A DNA stretch of 64,000 nucleotides. Origin: Candidatus Micrarchaeia archaeon. GTDB taxonomy: Archaea > Micrarchaeota > Micrarchaeia > Burarchaeales > Fermentimicrarchaeaceae. Numbering within the stretch: position 1 is the first letter of the stretch; every line of letters starts with the position of its first letter. The translations under genes were made by a program, and so were the position numbers. Of this stretch, positions 19,275 to 28,561 are shown piece by piece. The notes under the pieces are model-generated. The model made no database searches and had not been told where the DNA came from. It saw only the letters and a program-made list of their open reading frames with translations. The stretch covers positions 352,001 to 416,000 of the forward strand of contig JAVZHX010000001.1 in assembly GCA_038871515.1 (NCBI GenBank), written 5' to 3'.

Positions 19275-19360
19275 CTCGCATTCCTCTTCCTTCTAAGCAT
19301 ATGCTTGTAAGTATCCCAGGAGAATTGGAAGTAGTTTATAATCCTTGATTCTGTCTTCAT
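19271..19360 (-). CDS. 29-aa small ORF coupled to the ABC ATPase gene
   Basis: [29 protein letters not shown]; its stop overlaps the downstream ATG (ATGA). Confidence 0.5.
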   Translation of the reverse strand: MKTESRIINYFQFSWDTYKHMLRRKRNAR

Positions 19361-19419
19361 ACATAAAGAGGGGTGTTTTGCTATTTAAAAGAATTTACCA
19401 AAATAATACCCAAATCGCC

Positions 19420-19839
19420 CTATGATGAACTTATCCAAGCCAGGATTGCCAGTGCAATTGTCGCGAATAGGTATGGCACCATTGGGAATATCCCCCGTAT
19501 CCCGTAAACTGCAAAAATTACGTGTATGAATGGGTTTGAGGTTAAAGCGAACATCATGAGCGAGATTATCACCAGCAGAACTCCTAAAGTGAATCTGCTT
19601 CTCAATTCAAGATAATCTTTGAGGTAGATGAATGTTAAGTAAAGGGAGAGAACAAATGTTGCAAGTGAAAAGAAATTTCCAAACAGGAAGAATATGTTTT
19701 CATCTACTGACTGGCGCCTGAATGGGAAAATGGAGTTGGCTGCGAAAAGCAGCAGCAAAGAAAGCAATGCTATGCCAATCGTGCCGAGCAATGCCTCCGC
19801 AGTATAATCAACCTTTCTTTCTTTCTTTTTTGCCATCAT
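19420..19839 (-). CDS. Membrane protein paired with the ArsR-type regulator
   Basis: Four hydrophobic segments and a Y...RSRFTLG motif. Confidence 0.75.
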   Translation of the reverse strand: MMAKKKERKVDYTAEALLGTIGIALLSLLLLFAANSIFPFRRQSVDENIFFLFGNFFSLATFVLSLYLTFIYLKDYLELRSRFTLGVLLVIISLMMFALTSNPFIHVIFAVYGIRGIFPMVPYLFATIALAILAWISSS

Positions 19840-20116
19840 AATCACCCCTCAAAATTGTGTTGAAGTATTCATTATCATTCCATCCTTCATTTATGAAGTA
19901 AATTGCACCGTAACCTTTTTTCAGCTGCTCAACCACTCCGTTTTCAAGTAGAATTTTGATATGCCCCTGAACGGTTTTATAATCCAGCCCAGTAGTCAGA
20001 GCAAGCTGGTGCATATTCAAAGGTTTGCGAAGGAGAGTTTTCACAATTCTCAATCTGGTTGGACCTCCGCGCGAAGCGTAAAAAAGCCAGTAGAGAAGGC
20101 GCGTCTCAGAATCCAT
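19808..20116 (-). CDS. ArsR-family winged-helix regulator
   Basis: SRGGPTRLRI...PLNMHQLA...LDYKTVQGHI..L. Confidence 0.88.
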   Translation of the reverse strand: MDSETRLLYWLFYASRGGPTRLRIVKTLLRKPLNMHQLALTTGLDYKTVQGHIKILLENGVVEQLKKGYGAIYFINEGWNDNEYFNTILRGDYDGKKERKKG

Positions 20117-20147
20117 ATATGGTAATTGAAAGTTGAATTTTAAATAT

Positions 20148-20561
20148 TCACTGGATAACTGTGAGTTTGCAGCGCTTCACCCCACGTATTGATGAAAGTG
20201 AATTTGCAATTTTCTGTATTCTGTTTGCATTTCCTTTCACTGTGATCACCTCAAGGCAGTCATCACGCGATAAATGGATGTGCATGCTTGCAATTATGTT
20301 GCTGCCAAACTTGTGCTGAATTTCAGTTATTCTTTCTATTACTCCTCTCATCTCATGGTTGTAAACCACTGAAACAGTGCTCACTTTCACTTCCCTCCCT
20401 TCCGCCCATTCGGCATTTGAAATCCACTCCCTCAACGCATCTGCAACTGCTTTTGAGCGGTTCCAGTAATTCCTCTTACGAGTGAATTTGTCAAACTCCT
20501 CAGCAAGCTCTGAAGGGAGAGAAAGGGAAATTCTTTTCACGTATTTATTATTTTCTTTCAT
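20148..20561 (-). CDS. nikR: Nickel-responsive regulator
   Basis: RHH N-terminus (RISLSLP...NRSKA) and Ni ligands QH...HIH....CLE. Confidence 0.93.
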   Translation of the reverse strand: MKENNKYVKRISLSLPSELAEEFDKFTRKRNYWNRSKAVADALREWISNAEWAEGREVKVSTVSVVYNHEMRGVIERITEIQHKFGSNIIASMHIHLSRDDCLEVITVKGNANRIQKIANSLSSIRGVKRCKLTVIQ

Positions 20562-20636
20562 AAGAGTATTACGAAACATAGATTTTTATTACTAAATAAA
20601 AAAATAACTACGGCTGCAAAAGCTGAGGTGAAAGCG

Positions 20637-20930
20637 ATGGTTTGTTATACAATACCAACAATTGCTGCAGTTGTGCATCATTTCCTTGGAAATAAAATTC
20701 CTTCTTGGAGGAATCAGCAGCATAGATCACTGAGCTTGCTTCTCGTTGGGGGAGCGATATTTGGAGTTGTGGACCATTTGTGGAATGGCGAGCTTCTTCT
20801 GATTGGGGAGAACATTGTGAGTGACCTTTTGCTTGGATTCGCAATAACTGCTGCAATAATTGTAGCATGGATTGTGGTATTACAGCTTGAGAAAATGCCA
20901 CGGAAGGAAACTTCAAAGGTAACTAACTGA
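20637..20930 (+). CDS. Small 3-TM protein of unknown function, divergent from nikR
   Basis: SD GAGGTGA; MVCY...HH...GGAIFGVVDHLWNGE. Confidence 0.75.
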   Translation: MVCYTIPTIAAVVHHFLGNKIPSWRNQQHRSLSLLLVGGAIFGVVDHLWNGELLLIGENIVSDLLLGFAITAAIIVAWIVVLQLEKMPRKETSKVTN

Positions 20931-21034
20931 TCTTCAGGCTCGCATTGAATGCAGATACTTAAAAAGAAGTTGCTCCAACTCCAGTTAAACTCTCCTCAAG
21001 TGTGAACGTATATATAATTATTCCGTATAATAAT

Positions 21035-21049
21035 TATAGCGGAGTTATA
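21035..21049. promoter_or_regulatory. Degenerate operator copy TATAGCGGAGTTATA just before iscU
   Basis: 13/15 match to TATAACTGAGTTATA; ends 2 nt before the ATG. Confidence 0.55.
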
Positions 21050-21051
21050 TC

Positions 21052-21432
21052 ATGTATTCCGAAAAATTGATGAGATTATTCAGAAAGCCGCATAATTTTG
21101 GAAGAATTAAGAATGCAGATGCGGTTGGGAAGGTCGGCAACCCAGTGTGCGGTGACGTAATGTATCTTTATCTGAAAATTAAGGATAATGTAATAAAAGA
21201 TGCTAAATTTGAAACATTTGGCTGCGCAGCTGCAATAGGAACAAGCAGCATAATAACGGATATGATAAAAGGAAAAACAATTGATGAAGCGCTGAAAATT
21301 AGCAAAGATGACATTGCAAAGGAGTTGGGTGGTTTACCCCCAATAAAGATGCACTGCTCCGTTCTTGCAACGGAAGCATTGAAGAAAGCTGTTGAGGAGT
21401 ATAGGGCGAAACAGAGAAGAAAAGCAGAGTAA
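21052..21432 (+). CDS. iscU: Fe-S cluster scaffold IscU/NifU
   Basis: GNPVCGD, FGCAAAI, LPPIKMHCS. Confidence 0.96.
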   Translation: MYSEKLMRLFRKPHNFGRIKNADAVGKVGNPVCGDVMYLYLKIKDNVIKDAKFETFGCAAAIGTSSIITDMIKGKTIDEALKISKDDIAKELGGLPPIKMHCSVLATEALKKAVEEYRAKQRRKAE

Positions 21433-21440
21433 CAGAATGC

Positions 21441-21995
21441 TCAGAATAAAAATTTGAATGGGTTAATGAATCCAAATATATAATCTGAAAAAACAAGTCC
21501 TATAAGAAAACTTGCAAAGTTGTTAATTAAACTCATTTCAGCCCCACGAACCAGTGTCATATTTCTATTTCTGTTAAGCCGAAAGAGCAGAAAAGCTTCA
21601 AGCACAAAAACCATAATCTCACCAACTATGAGTATTATCCACGCATGCGTGATATCATAAGGGTAGGTATCCAGTGTCATCACAAGTGGAGGTTTGGGTT
21701 GCCAATGTTCATCGTCAAATTTTATGGCATCCGTTAGATATACATAAAAGAGGGGAACCGAGATGATATTCGCGATAATGACAGTTACCAATATTTTCTT
21801 ACTCAGCTTCCTTAAGTGCAGATACACAAGTGAAGTTATAAGCTCTATTATAGTGGTTAGTGCTACTGCAATTGTTATGAAATAGGGGTTTTTCCCATAG
21901 CGTTCAAGGATAGAATAAGGTGGATTTGGACCCATATCCGCATATGCGACATTGGAGAGGATAAGGAGAAATGCACACAACACTGCTTTCCTCAT
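21441..21995 (-). CDS. Hypothetical membrane protein
   Basis: Signal-like N-terminus (AYAD) and four TM segments with LTTIIE, ANIIS and E...LE motifs. Confidence 0.65.
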   Translation of the reverse strand: MRKAVLCAFLLILSNVAYADMGPNPPYSILERYGKNPYFITIAVALTTIIELITSLVYLHLRKLSKKILVTVIIANIISVPLFYVYLTDAIKFDDEHWQPKPPLVMTLDTYPYDITHAWIILIVGEIMVFVLEAFLLFRLNRNRNMTLVRGAEMSLINNFASFLIGLVFSDYIFGFINPFKFLF

Positions 21996-22049
21996 AACTC
22001 TCTTTATTTTTGGTAGGTATTTAATTTTTTGCATTTGAAAGTAGAAAAC

Positions 22050-22823
22050 TTATATTCTTTTATAGGTTAGCTTAAGAAGTTTGAGAAATTCAATTACCTT
22101 ATCCCTCTGCTCTTTTTTCATTCCCTTCCAATCCAGCAAAGCAGTTTCAATTTTCTCTTTTGATTTTTCCACTCCCTGCTTGAAGCACTCAAAATCAACT
22201 TCATCAATACAATACTTCGGAAGCATATGCCCAACTGCGTACTCCTCTTCAAGAATAACTTTTGTAAAAGAAGGCGCATAATGCCCTCCCCCAATCCCAA
22301 AAACAGCTGGAAATGTTTGATTTGAGGAAAGCATTTTCATAACAGCAAAAGCAACAATTTCACCCGCTCTCTGATTCTGCCACTCCCTCTCAGTGCTTCC
22401 TATCTCAACAAAAAGGGCGGGCGCTTTCGTTAACGGCCCATGATGGTCAACCTCTGCACAAACCTGCCATCCCAAATCGTTCAATGAATTCATCTCCCTC
22501 AAAACAATTTTCAGCTTGCTTGGAAAGCATGGGCAGAGCTGCTTCGGCTTTCCTCCAAGCTCAGCAGCACCCCAATTTCCAGGTGTATGCGCAGTTAAAC
22601 ACGGCTTGCCAGTTTCACTCTTATGCTTGCTTATAAAAACAAGAAAATCTGTTTCCTTTTCATACAACTGCTCTGCATCAACAAGCTTTGTTTCAACCTG
22701 AATTAGCTCCAACTCTCCCTTCACCCACTTCTCTCCCTTCTTTTCAAATTTGAATTGATTTATCAACTTCTCTGCTATATTCTTTCCTGCAACATCCTGA
22801 GATGAGAAGACAATTGTTGGCAT
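22050..22823 (-). CDS. dtdA: D-aminoacyl-tRNA deacylase (archaeal DtdA/GEK1 type)
   Basis: SKHKS, LTAHTPGN, E.DHHGP, FVEIGS, GGGHYAP. Confidence 0.93.
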   Translation of the reverse strand: MPTIVFSSQDVAGKNIAEKLINQFKFEKKGEKWVKGELELIQVETKLVDAEQLYEKETDFLVFISKHKSETGKPCLTAHTPGNWGAAELGGKPKQLCPCFPSKLKIVLREMNSLNDLGWQVCAEVDHHGPLTKAPALFVEIGSTEREWQNQRAGEIVAFAVMKMLSSNQTFPAVFGIGGGHYAPSFTKVILEEEYAVGHMLPKYCIDEVDFECFKQGVEKSKEKIETALLDWKGMKKEQRDKVIEFLKLLKLTYKRI

Positions 22824-22845
22824 AAGTAGAATATGTAAGAGATAT

Positions 22846-23688
22846 TTAAACTACATAACTCTTTGTCTTTTCCTTATACCTCTCTAGCTCCCTCCTTCCA
22901 AACTCAGTTAGCACTCTCCCCTTCTCCTTTGAAAGCACAACATAACCTTCGCTTTCAACCTGTCCAAGCAACATACCGACTTTCATCAACTCCCCTAACC
23001 CTGCTTCCTCAACTCCTTTCCTCTCCATCAGCCAGTCAACCACAGCACGTCCAGTCGCTTTCTCTCCCGCTTTTTCAAGTGAATCAATTGCCAATAGTAT
23101 TTGCGCTTTCTCCTCAGTTAAAACTGGCTTCTCCTCAACCTTCCTGGAGAACTTCAGAACTTCTGGGTGCTTTCTCAACTTACTTACATCCTCAAAAAGC
23201 TTTGCTGCCTCCTCAATTTCCTTTTCGTATTTAATTATGTTTTTCAGCATTTGGGCACGCATTTTCTCATGCTCTTTATCTTCAGCAAGCTTCAGCTTCC
23301 CCTTCTCATGCAGTTTCAGCGCATTTCTCACTCCTTCAAACGTAAGGAAAAGATCTCTATCTCCCTTCCCACCTGCTTTTTTGAATGCATCCGAGTCAAC
23401 AAGAGGCAATTGCGAGAAATGCGGTTCCTTTTCAATAATGCAAACGGGCCAGCTCCATATGTTGTTTCCTTCTTTAACCGAAATCCAAAACCTATCTTTC
23501 AGATACTTTGCAGTCCACTCTCGTTTAGTTTTCTGGCTCACTCCACTAAGAAACACAACTCCATCCGAATCAACCAAAACAGAATAGGGACCTGCCTTTC
23601 CTTTTAGAAATTCACCTCTCTCATCTAATTTAAACTCCTTTAACTCATGCCCACCCAGCGTGTATTTCTCCTCAACTTTCACAGGCAT
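22846..23688 (-). CDS. Hypothetical protein with a C-terminal winged helix
   Basis: Long ORF; C-terminal ATGRAVVDWL...EGYV....GRVLTEFG. Confidence 0.65.
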   Translation of the reverse strand: MPVKVEEKYTLGGHELKEFKLDERGEFLKGKAGPYSVLVDSDGVVFLSGVSQKTKREWTAKYLKDRFWISVKEGNNIWSWPVCIIEKEPHFSQLPLVDSDAFKKAGGKGDRDLFLTFEGVRNALKLHEKGKLKLAEDKEHEKMRAQMLKNIIKYEKEIEEAAKLFEDVSKLRKHPEVLKFSRKVEEKPVLTEEKAQILLAIDSLEKAGEKATGRAVVDWLMERKGVEEAGLGELMKVGMLLGQVESEGYVVLSKEKGRVLTEFGRRELERYKEKTKSYVV

Positions 23689-23718
23689 AGTAGAATTGCT
23701 CAGTTGAATTATAAAAGC

Positions 23719-26523
23719 TCACGCCTGCCAGTACTTCCTTGTCCTTATGAACTTCTTCTGCGCTTCAAGCAAATCCGCAAAGAACTGCATTTCATCCCTT
23801 CTCCTATTCCCAAGCACCCTTGTTGCAGTTTCAACTCCAACTCCATACGTTGACAGCGCAATTGCTGCTCTCCTTCCGTAAGCATCAACCAAGCTTGCGG
23901 ACTTCATAATTTCTATAAACCCTTTCCTCTCTTTCTCATCAAGCTTCTTTCCCCTCTCTTTTTTTCTTAGTATTCTCTCAACCCAATCCTCTCTCGGTGA
24001 GAAGCAGGCAACCATATTGCTCCCACAGCTTGGGCACTTTATTCTGCTTTTCAGCTTCTCCAGAGGTGAGTAAAATATGTTTTGGCAGTAGGTGCAGATG
24101 AATTTGGCTGTTTTCTTCAGCAGCTGCTTTCTGAACGCTTTCAGTATTTCTGAAGACGGCTCAATTGGGGCGATGAACTCGGCTGCTTTTGAAACTTTTG
24201 AAAAACCAAGCTCAGCAAAGGGAGTTGGGTGGGAAACAACAATCTCCTTAATTTTAATTTCACCTGAATGAATCCCTCTTATAATCAATTTGCACTTCTC
24301 AACATCAAAATAACCAACAAGCAGCTCCCTCATCGTTTCCTTATAGATTGGTGAGTTTGAAAGATGCTCAGCAAGCCTGCTCATCCTTGAAGAGGTTAAA
24401 CTTTCGCTTCTCTTTATCAAACCAAATGCTTTTGCTATGTGGATGAATTTGTAGTTGAACAAACTTGACTTTGAAATATTTCTTTCAAGTAGAGCAGTCA
24501 CATCCTCCTCTTTAATTCTCAGCAACATTTCCTTAACAATTCCTTTCCCGCTTCCTGGAAGCTGCAGAATTATTCTATAGGGGTCTGAACTTCCTTTCAC
24601 GCTTGATGAAAAACGCGCTGAGAGCAAGGAGGATAGACACCTCATCAGAGCATTATTTGCAAGAGAGCCACCGCACACATGAACAACAGCTACATCCTCA
24701 AAAACTTCAACAATAATTTCCTTATCATCAGGCACGCCAAACTGCATCTGCTTTTCAACAACTTCCTTCATTTCCCTCAGTGCTTCCTTTGAAGCATGAA
24801 ACTCGTGCTCAAACTCAGCTAAACCATCCCCTCTCTCAATTTTTTCCTTAACCCTCCTCCTCAGCTCGCCAACCCTTTGGGCAACTTCAAATGGAACAGG
24901 AATTTCCTCTCCAACCCAATCTGGAACAGCTGCCGAAATATCCTGGGATGGTTCAACAAGCACCTCCCTCTCCCTCACATCAAGAACCTTCCAGGGAACT
25001 CCTTTTGTTATGAAAACTGAGCCTGGTTCCACATAGCTTGCAACAAATGCCTCATCAAGAGTTGAAATATTTGAGTTTGTCACCGCGCTCTTCACAAAAT
25101 ACTTGCTCTCGCTTGGAATTGTGCTCAGATTCTCAAAGTAATACTCCAGAATTCCTCCACCTTTTTTCAATAAACTTCCATCAAAATGAAGCACTCCTTC
25201 TGAATGAAGCTGCTCTGCAACAGAGGCAAGCTCATGCAGGTTAAGTTTCCTGAATGGGTATGCTCTTGTGATTATTCTATATGCTTTCGGAAGCTCAATC
25301 ACGCCGTACTCCAAAACTAAACCGCAGAGCTGGTGAGCCACAACGTCAAGCGCATTCTCATGCATTGGAGGTGACTCAAGCTTCCCCTCCTCCATCATTT
25401 TCACTATTGCAACTGACTCGCACAAATCATCAAAATCGCCAGTTATAATCACTCCCTTCGGCGTTCTTTCAATTCTATGCCCACTTCTCCCAACTCTCTG
25501 AATTAAACGCGAAACCTGGCGAGGTGACATGTATTGAACAACCAAATCAACCGAGCCAATATCAACGCCAAGCTCCAAGGAAGAAGTTGCAAGCAAACCC
25601 CTTATCCCTCTCTCCTTAAACTTTCTCTCCGCATGCTTCCTCACATCCCTTGAAAGAGAGCCGTGATGTATTCCAACAGAGCCAGAATACCTCTGAAGCT
25701 TTCTGAAAGCAATCAACCTTGAGGTGAGCGTTTCTGCAACCTGCCTTGTGTTAACAAAAGCAAGTGTTGAGGTGTGCGTTTCAATCAGCTCATTCAAAAA
25801 GCGCAGCCTTGCCGAAGCATGCGGCTCAAGGAAAAGTTTTTCCGCAAGCTCCTCATCCTCCAGAGATGGATTTGGAAACTCCACTCTCACTTCCATTTTT
25901 CTCTCAACAGGAAGCTTCACAACTTTGCAACTTCTCCCGCCAGTCAGAAAATTTGCAACTTCCTCAGGAGAGCTAACTGTTGCGCTCAAACCAACTCTTT
26001 GAAAATCACCTCTCTTCTCAACCAACCTCTCCAGCGCAACTGAAAGCTGAGCTCCCCTCTTGCTTTCAAAAAGCTCGTGCACCTCATCAACAACCACATA
26101 GCGAACATTTTTCAACGCATTTCCAATTCTCTTTGCTGTCAGAATTGATTGCAATGTTTCTGGAGTGGTTATCAACAACTGCGGTGGATTGCGCGACTGC
26201 TTTAATCGCTCGCTTTGTGGCGTATCTCCATGCCTCACAGCACAGCTCACACCAACTTCGTCACACCACCAGTGAATTCTCTCCAAAATGTCTCTGTTCA
26301 AAGCTCTTAGAGGAGTGATGTACAGCGCAAGAATTCCCTCCCCTCCCTTTATAATGTTGTTCAGTATAGGAAGGAGAGCGCACTCTGTTTTTCCATAACC
26401 AGTTGGCGCGATTATCAATGCATTTGCTCCGCTAAGCACAACCGGTATGGAGAGCTTCTGAATTTCATTCAACTCCCCAAATTTCTTTTTGACAAGCAGC
26501 TTCAACTCATCGCAAAGCTCCAT
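23719..26523 (-). CDS. lhr: Lhr-family SF2 helicase with a C-terminal Zn-binding motif
   Basis: APTGYGKT, DEVH, HHGSLS, SLELGVDIG, QRVGRSGH, P.W.GE; CTYC...CPSC. Confidence 0.93.
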   Translation of the reverse strand: MELCDELKLLVKKKFGELNEIQKLSIPVVLSGANALIIAPTGYGKTECALLPILNNIIKGGEGILALYITPLRALNRDILERIHWWCDEVGVSCAVRHGDTPQSERLKQSRNPPQLLITTPETLQSILTAKRIGNALKNVRYVVVDEVHELFESKRGAQLSVALERLVEKRGDFQRVGLSATVSSPEEVANFLTGGRSCKVVKLPVERKMEVRVEFPNPSLEDEELAEKLFLEPHASARLRFLNELIETHTSTLAFVNTRQVAETLTSRLIAFRKLQRYSGSVGIHHGSLSRDVRKHAERKFKERGIRGLLATSSLELGVDIGSVDLVVQYMSPRQVSRLIQRVGRSGHRIERTPKGVIITGDFDDLCESVAIVKMMEEGKLESPPMHENALDVVAHQLCGLVLEYGVIELPKAYRIITRAYPFRKLNLHELASVAEQLHSEGVLHFDGSLLKKGGGILEYYFENLSTIPSESKYFVKSAVTNSNISTLDEAFVASYVEPGSVFITKGVPWKVLDVREREVLVEPSQDISAAVPDWVGEEIPVPFEVAQRVGELRRRVKEKIERGDGLAEFEHEFHASKEALREMKEVVEKQMQFGVPDDKEIIVEVFEDVAVVHVCGGSLANNALMRCLSSLLSARFSSSVKGSSDPYRIILQLPGSGKGIVKEMLLRIKEEDVTALLERNISKSSLFNYKFIHIAKAFGLIKRSESLTSSRMSRLAEHLSNSPIYKETMRELLVGYFDVEKCKLIIRGIHSGEIKIKEIVVSHPTPFAELGFSKVSKAAEFIAPIEPSSEILKAFRKQLLKKTAKFICTYCQNIFYSPLEKLKSRIKCPSCGSNMVACFSPREDWVERILRKKERGKKLDEKERKGFIEIMKSASLVDAYGRRAAIALSTYGVGVETATRVLGNRRRDEMQFFADLLEAQKKFIRTRKYWQA

Positions 26524-26575
26524 TTTCCCCCATCAAAATTTATAAATAGAAAGTTATAATCCCTTTGGTGATTCC

Positions 26576-26929
26576 TTGGGAAATGAACTTGCGCTTGCTG
26601 CAAATTTAACCGCAATAGTGCTTGGTTTAGTAACCTCCATTGCCGCATTCACAGCTTCTAGAAAATACTACGCAGGCCCGTGGAAGTCAGTCGTTATGTG
26701 GATGACGTGGGGCGTTTCACTTTTAACAGTGATGACAATAATGGTTTTCTCAGACTGGTTTTTTGAGCCAGGAATTGAAAACATACCTGCTTGGATGAAA
26801 TACCCAACTGCAATACTTGGTTATCTGTGCTTGCTGAACTGCGCGCTTGCAATGAGAAGGATGGCGGAGTTCTACTCGAGCAAAAGCTATGAGAAAGTTG
26901 AGAGAGAGTTGAAAGTTAAGAGAAAGTAG
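26576..26929 (+). CDS. Small 3-TM membrane protein
   Basis: GGTGA-N4-TTG start and hydrophobic segments. Confidence 0.65.
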   Translation: MGNELALAANLTAIVLGLVTSIAAFTASRKYYAGPWKSVVMWMTWGVSLLTVMTIMVFSDWFFEPGIENIPAWMKYPTAILGYLCLLNCALAMRRMAEFYSSKSYEKVERELKVKRK

Positions 26930-28535
26930 CGCTTCTCACAGTGAGATTGCCTCGCACAACTCTGCTCTCATTGCTTCCCTCATATGAGTAATTCAAATAC
27001 ATTCTCGTGCTAAGATAGATTGATTCTTTAATTATTCCATCAAACTGATCGTAACAAAGCACTTCAAGCAAAACAGATGAGTTTGACGGAAGAGTTACTG
27101 ATTTGTTTAACTGGAAGTTTGTTTTTGGCGTCTCCTCTTCAGGAGTGCATTTGAACCCATTTATCACAACTGTTTTTCCACTGTTCTGAGTTAAATTAAC
27201 TTTCAGCGTTCCACTGCTGAGGTTAAATGAAAGACAGCTGAACGTATCTTGAAACTCACAGCGTGGCTGGCGTAGCGCTTCAAGGAAGCTCACCCACCTC
27301 CTCTCCTCACCTGAGAAGTTGAATGAATAGCAAATATCAAGCGCCTTCATCTCAATTGGTATTGTTGGCTCTCCTTTTGGAATTGAAACGCAGATTGATG
27401 AGTAATTTCCAACTTTTCTCTGAACAATTGTCCAGTTTGACTGTATCCCAGGCATAATTTCACACACCTGCATCACTCCTCCCCCTTCCTTGCTTCTGTT
27501 TGCTATTCTTCCAGAGCATGCATTAACCTCCTCCTTATACGGTTGCTCTGTTGTGTAAAACCCATAGAAACCTTCCTCATCTTCAAAAGCAGCCCCATAC
27601 TCAAACTTCGTTAAATTGGAAATGTGATACGTTTCACCAATAAGGGTTGAGTTGAATGGTGTTTCTGCTTTAAGCTGTTCAGTCATTTTCAAAAGTTCAT
27701 CTGCAGATGAGGAGTTAAATACGCTTCCCACAATATCCTCGCACGTGTTGAAAAGAGCATCTGTGTAAACAACTGCTCTCGTCCATCCTCCCTCCCTCCA
27801 CACACATATGGAAGGAGTGCTATTCCCCGAAACAACTGAAACATTCATTCCATTCAGCGTTTTCCTCTCAAGAGTGAGATTGCTTCCAATGGATAAAGCA
27901 ATTGCAGCTGCCATCTGCTCTGGAGTGAGAACTCCCTCTGCAATAACCGCTATTGCTTTTGAACCGTCTGAGTAATCGGCAGTTGCAATTCTCACCTCCC
28001 TCAAACCCTTCACATACTGCCTGAGCAAACTGAGGTATTGAGGAACGTCTGAAATTGTTTTTGAGTATTTGTATACTGCGTTTAACCCATCATTGTTAAC
28101 TTTGATTAAACCAACATTAACAAACTTTTTATCCGGAATTATTGAGAAAACATTCAACTTTTCTGATTCTTTTACAAAAAGCATTGCGCTGCTCTGCTTG
28201 TTTGCTGATGCCTCTGAAACCACATTCCCGGCATCAACTCTCACAGTTATCTCATAAACTCCCGCATCGGAGGCACTCCACATAAAAACCACGCTCTGCT
28301 CGCTGTTTGCTGGGAGGGAAAGCACCTCCGTTCTAACTGGCGTTCCGTTTGCAAGCAGCTCAACCACAAAATCCTTCGCCTCAGCAGTGCCATTGTTTGC
28401 AACAGTCACCTCCAAACTTGCCACGTCACCCACATAAACCTGATGCGGTGCTTTTACAGATGATATTGAAAGCTGTGGTTTATTTGCAATACAGCCGAAA
28501 AGCATGAGAAGGAAGATAAATGCAAATTTTCTCAT
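26916..28535 (-). CDS. Lipoprotein with a CARDB (Ig-like) domain
   Basis: LFGC lipobox-like leader; V.N.GTAEA..F.VEL...G.YEITVRVDA.N.V.E. Confidence 0.8.
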   Translation of the reverse strand: MRKFAFIFLLMLFGCIANKPQLSISSVKAPHQVYVGDVASLEVTVANNGTAEAKDFVVELLANGTPVRTEVLSLPANSEQSVVFMWSASDAGVYEITVRVDAGNVVSEASANKQSSAMLFVKESEKLNVFSIIPDKKFVNVGLIKVNNDGLNAVYKYSKTISDVPQYLSLLRQYVKGLREVRIATADYSDGSKAIAVIAEGVLTPEQMAAAIALSIGSNLTLERKTLNGMNVSVVSGNSTPSICVWREGGWTRAVVYTDALFNTCEDIVGSVFNSSSADELLKMTEQLKAETPFNSTLIGETYHISNLTKFEYGAAFEDEEGFYGFYTTEQPYKEEVNACSGRIANRSKEGGGVMQVCEIMPGIQSNWTIVQRKVGNYSSICVSIPKGEPTIPIEMKALDICYSFNFSGEERRWVSFLEALRQPRCEFQDTFSCLSFNLSSGTLKVNLTQNSGKTVVINGFKCTPEEETPKTNFQLNKSVTLPSNSSVLLEVLCYDQFDGIIKESIYLSTRMYLNYSYEGSNESRVVRGNLTVRSATFS

Positions 28536-28561
28536 TTCGCTCACCTTTTTGAATGAAAGAA

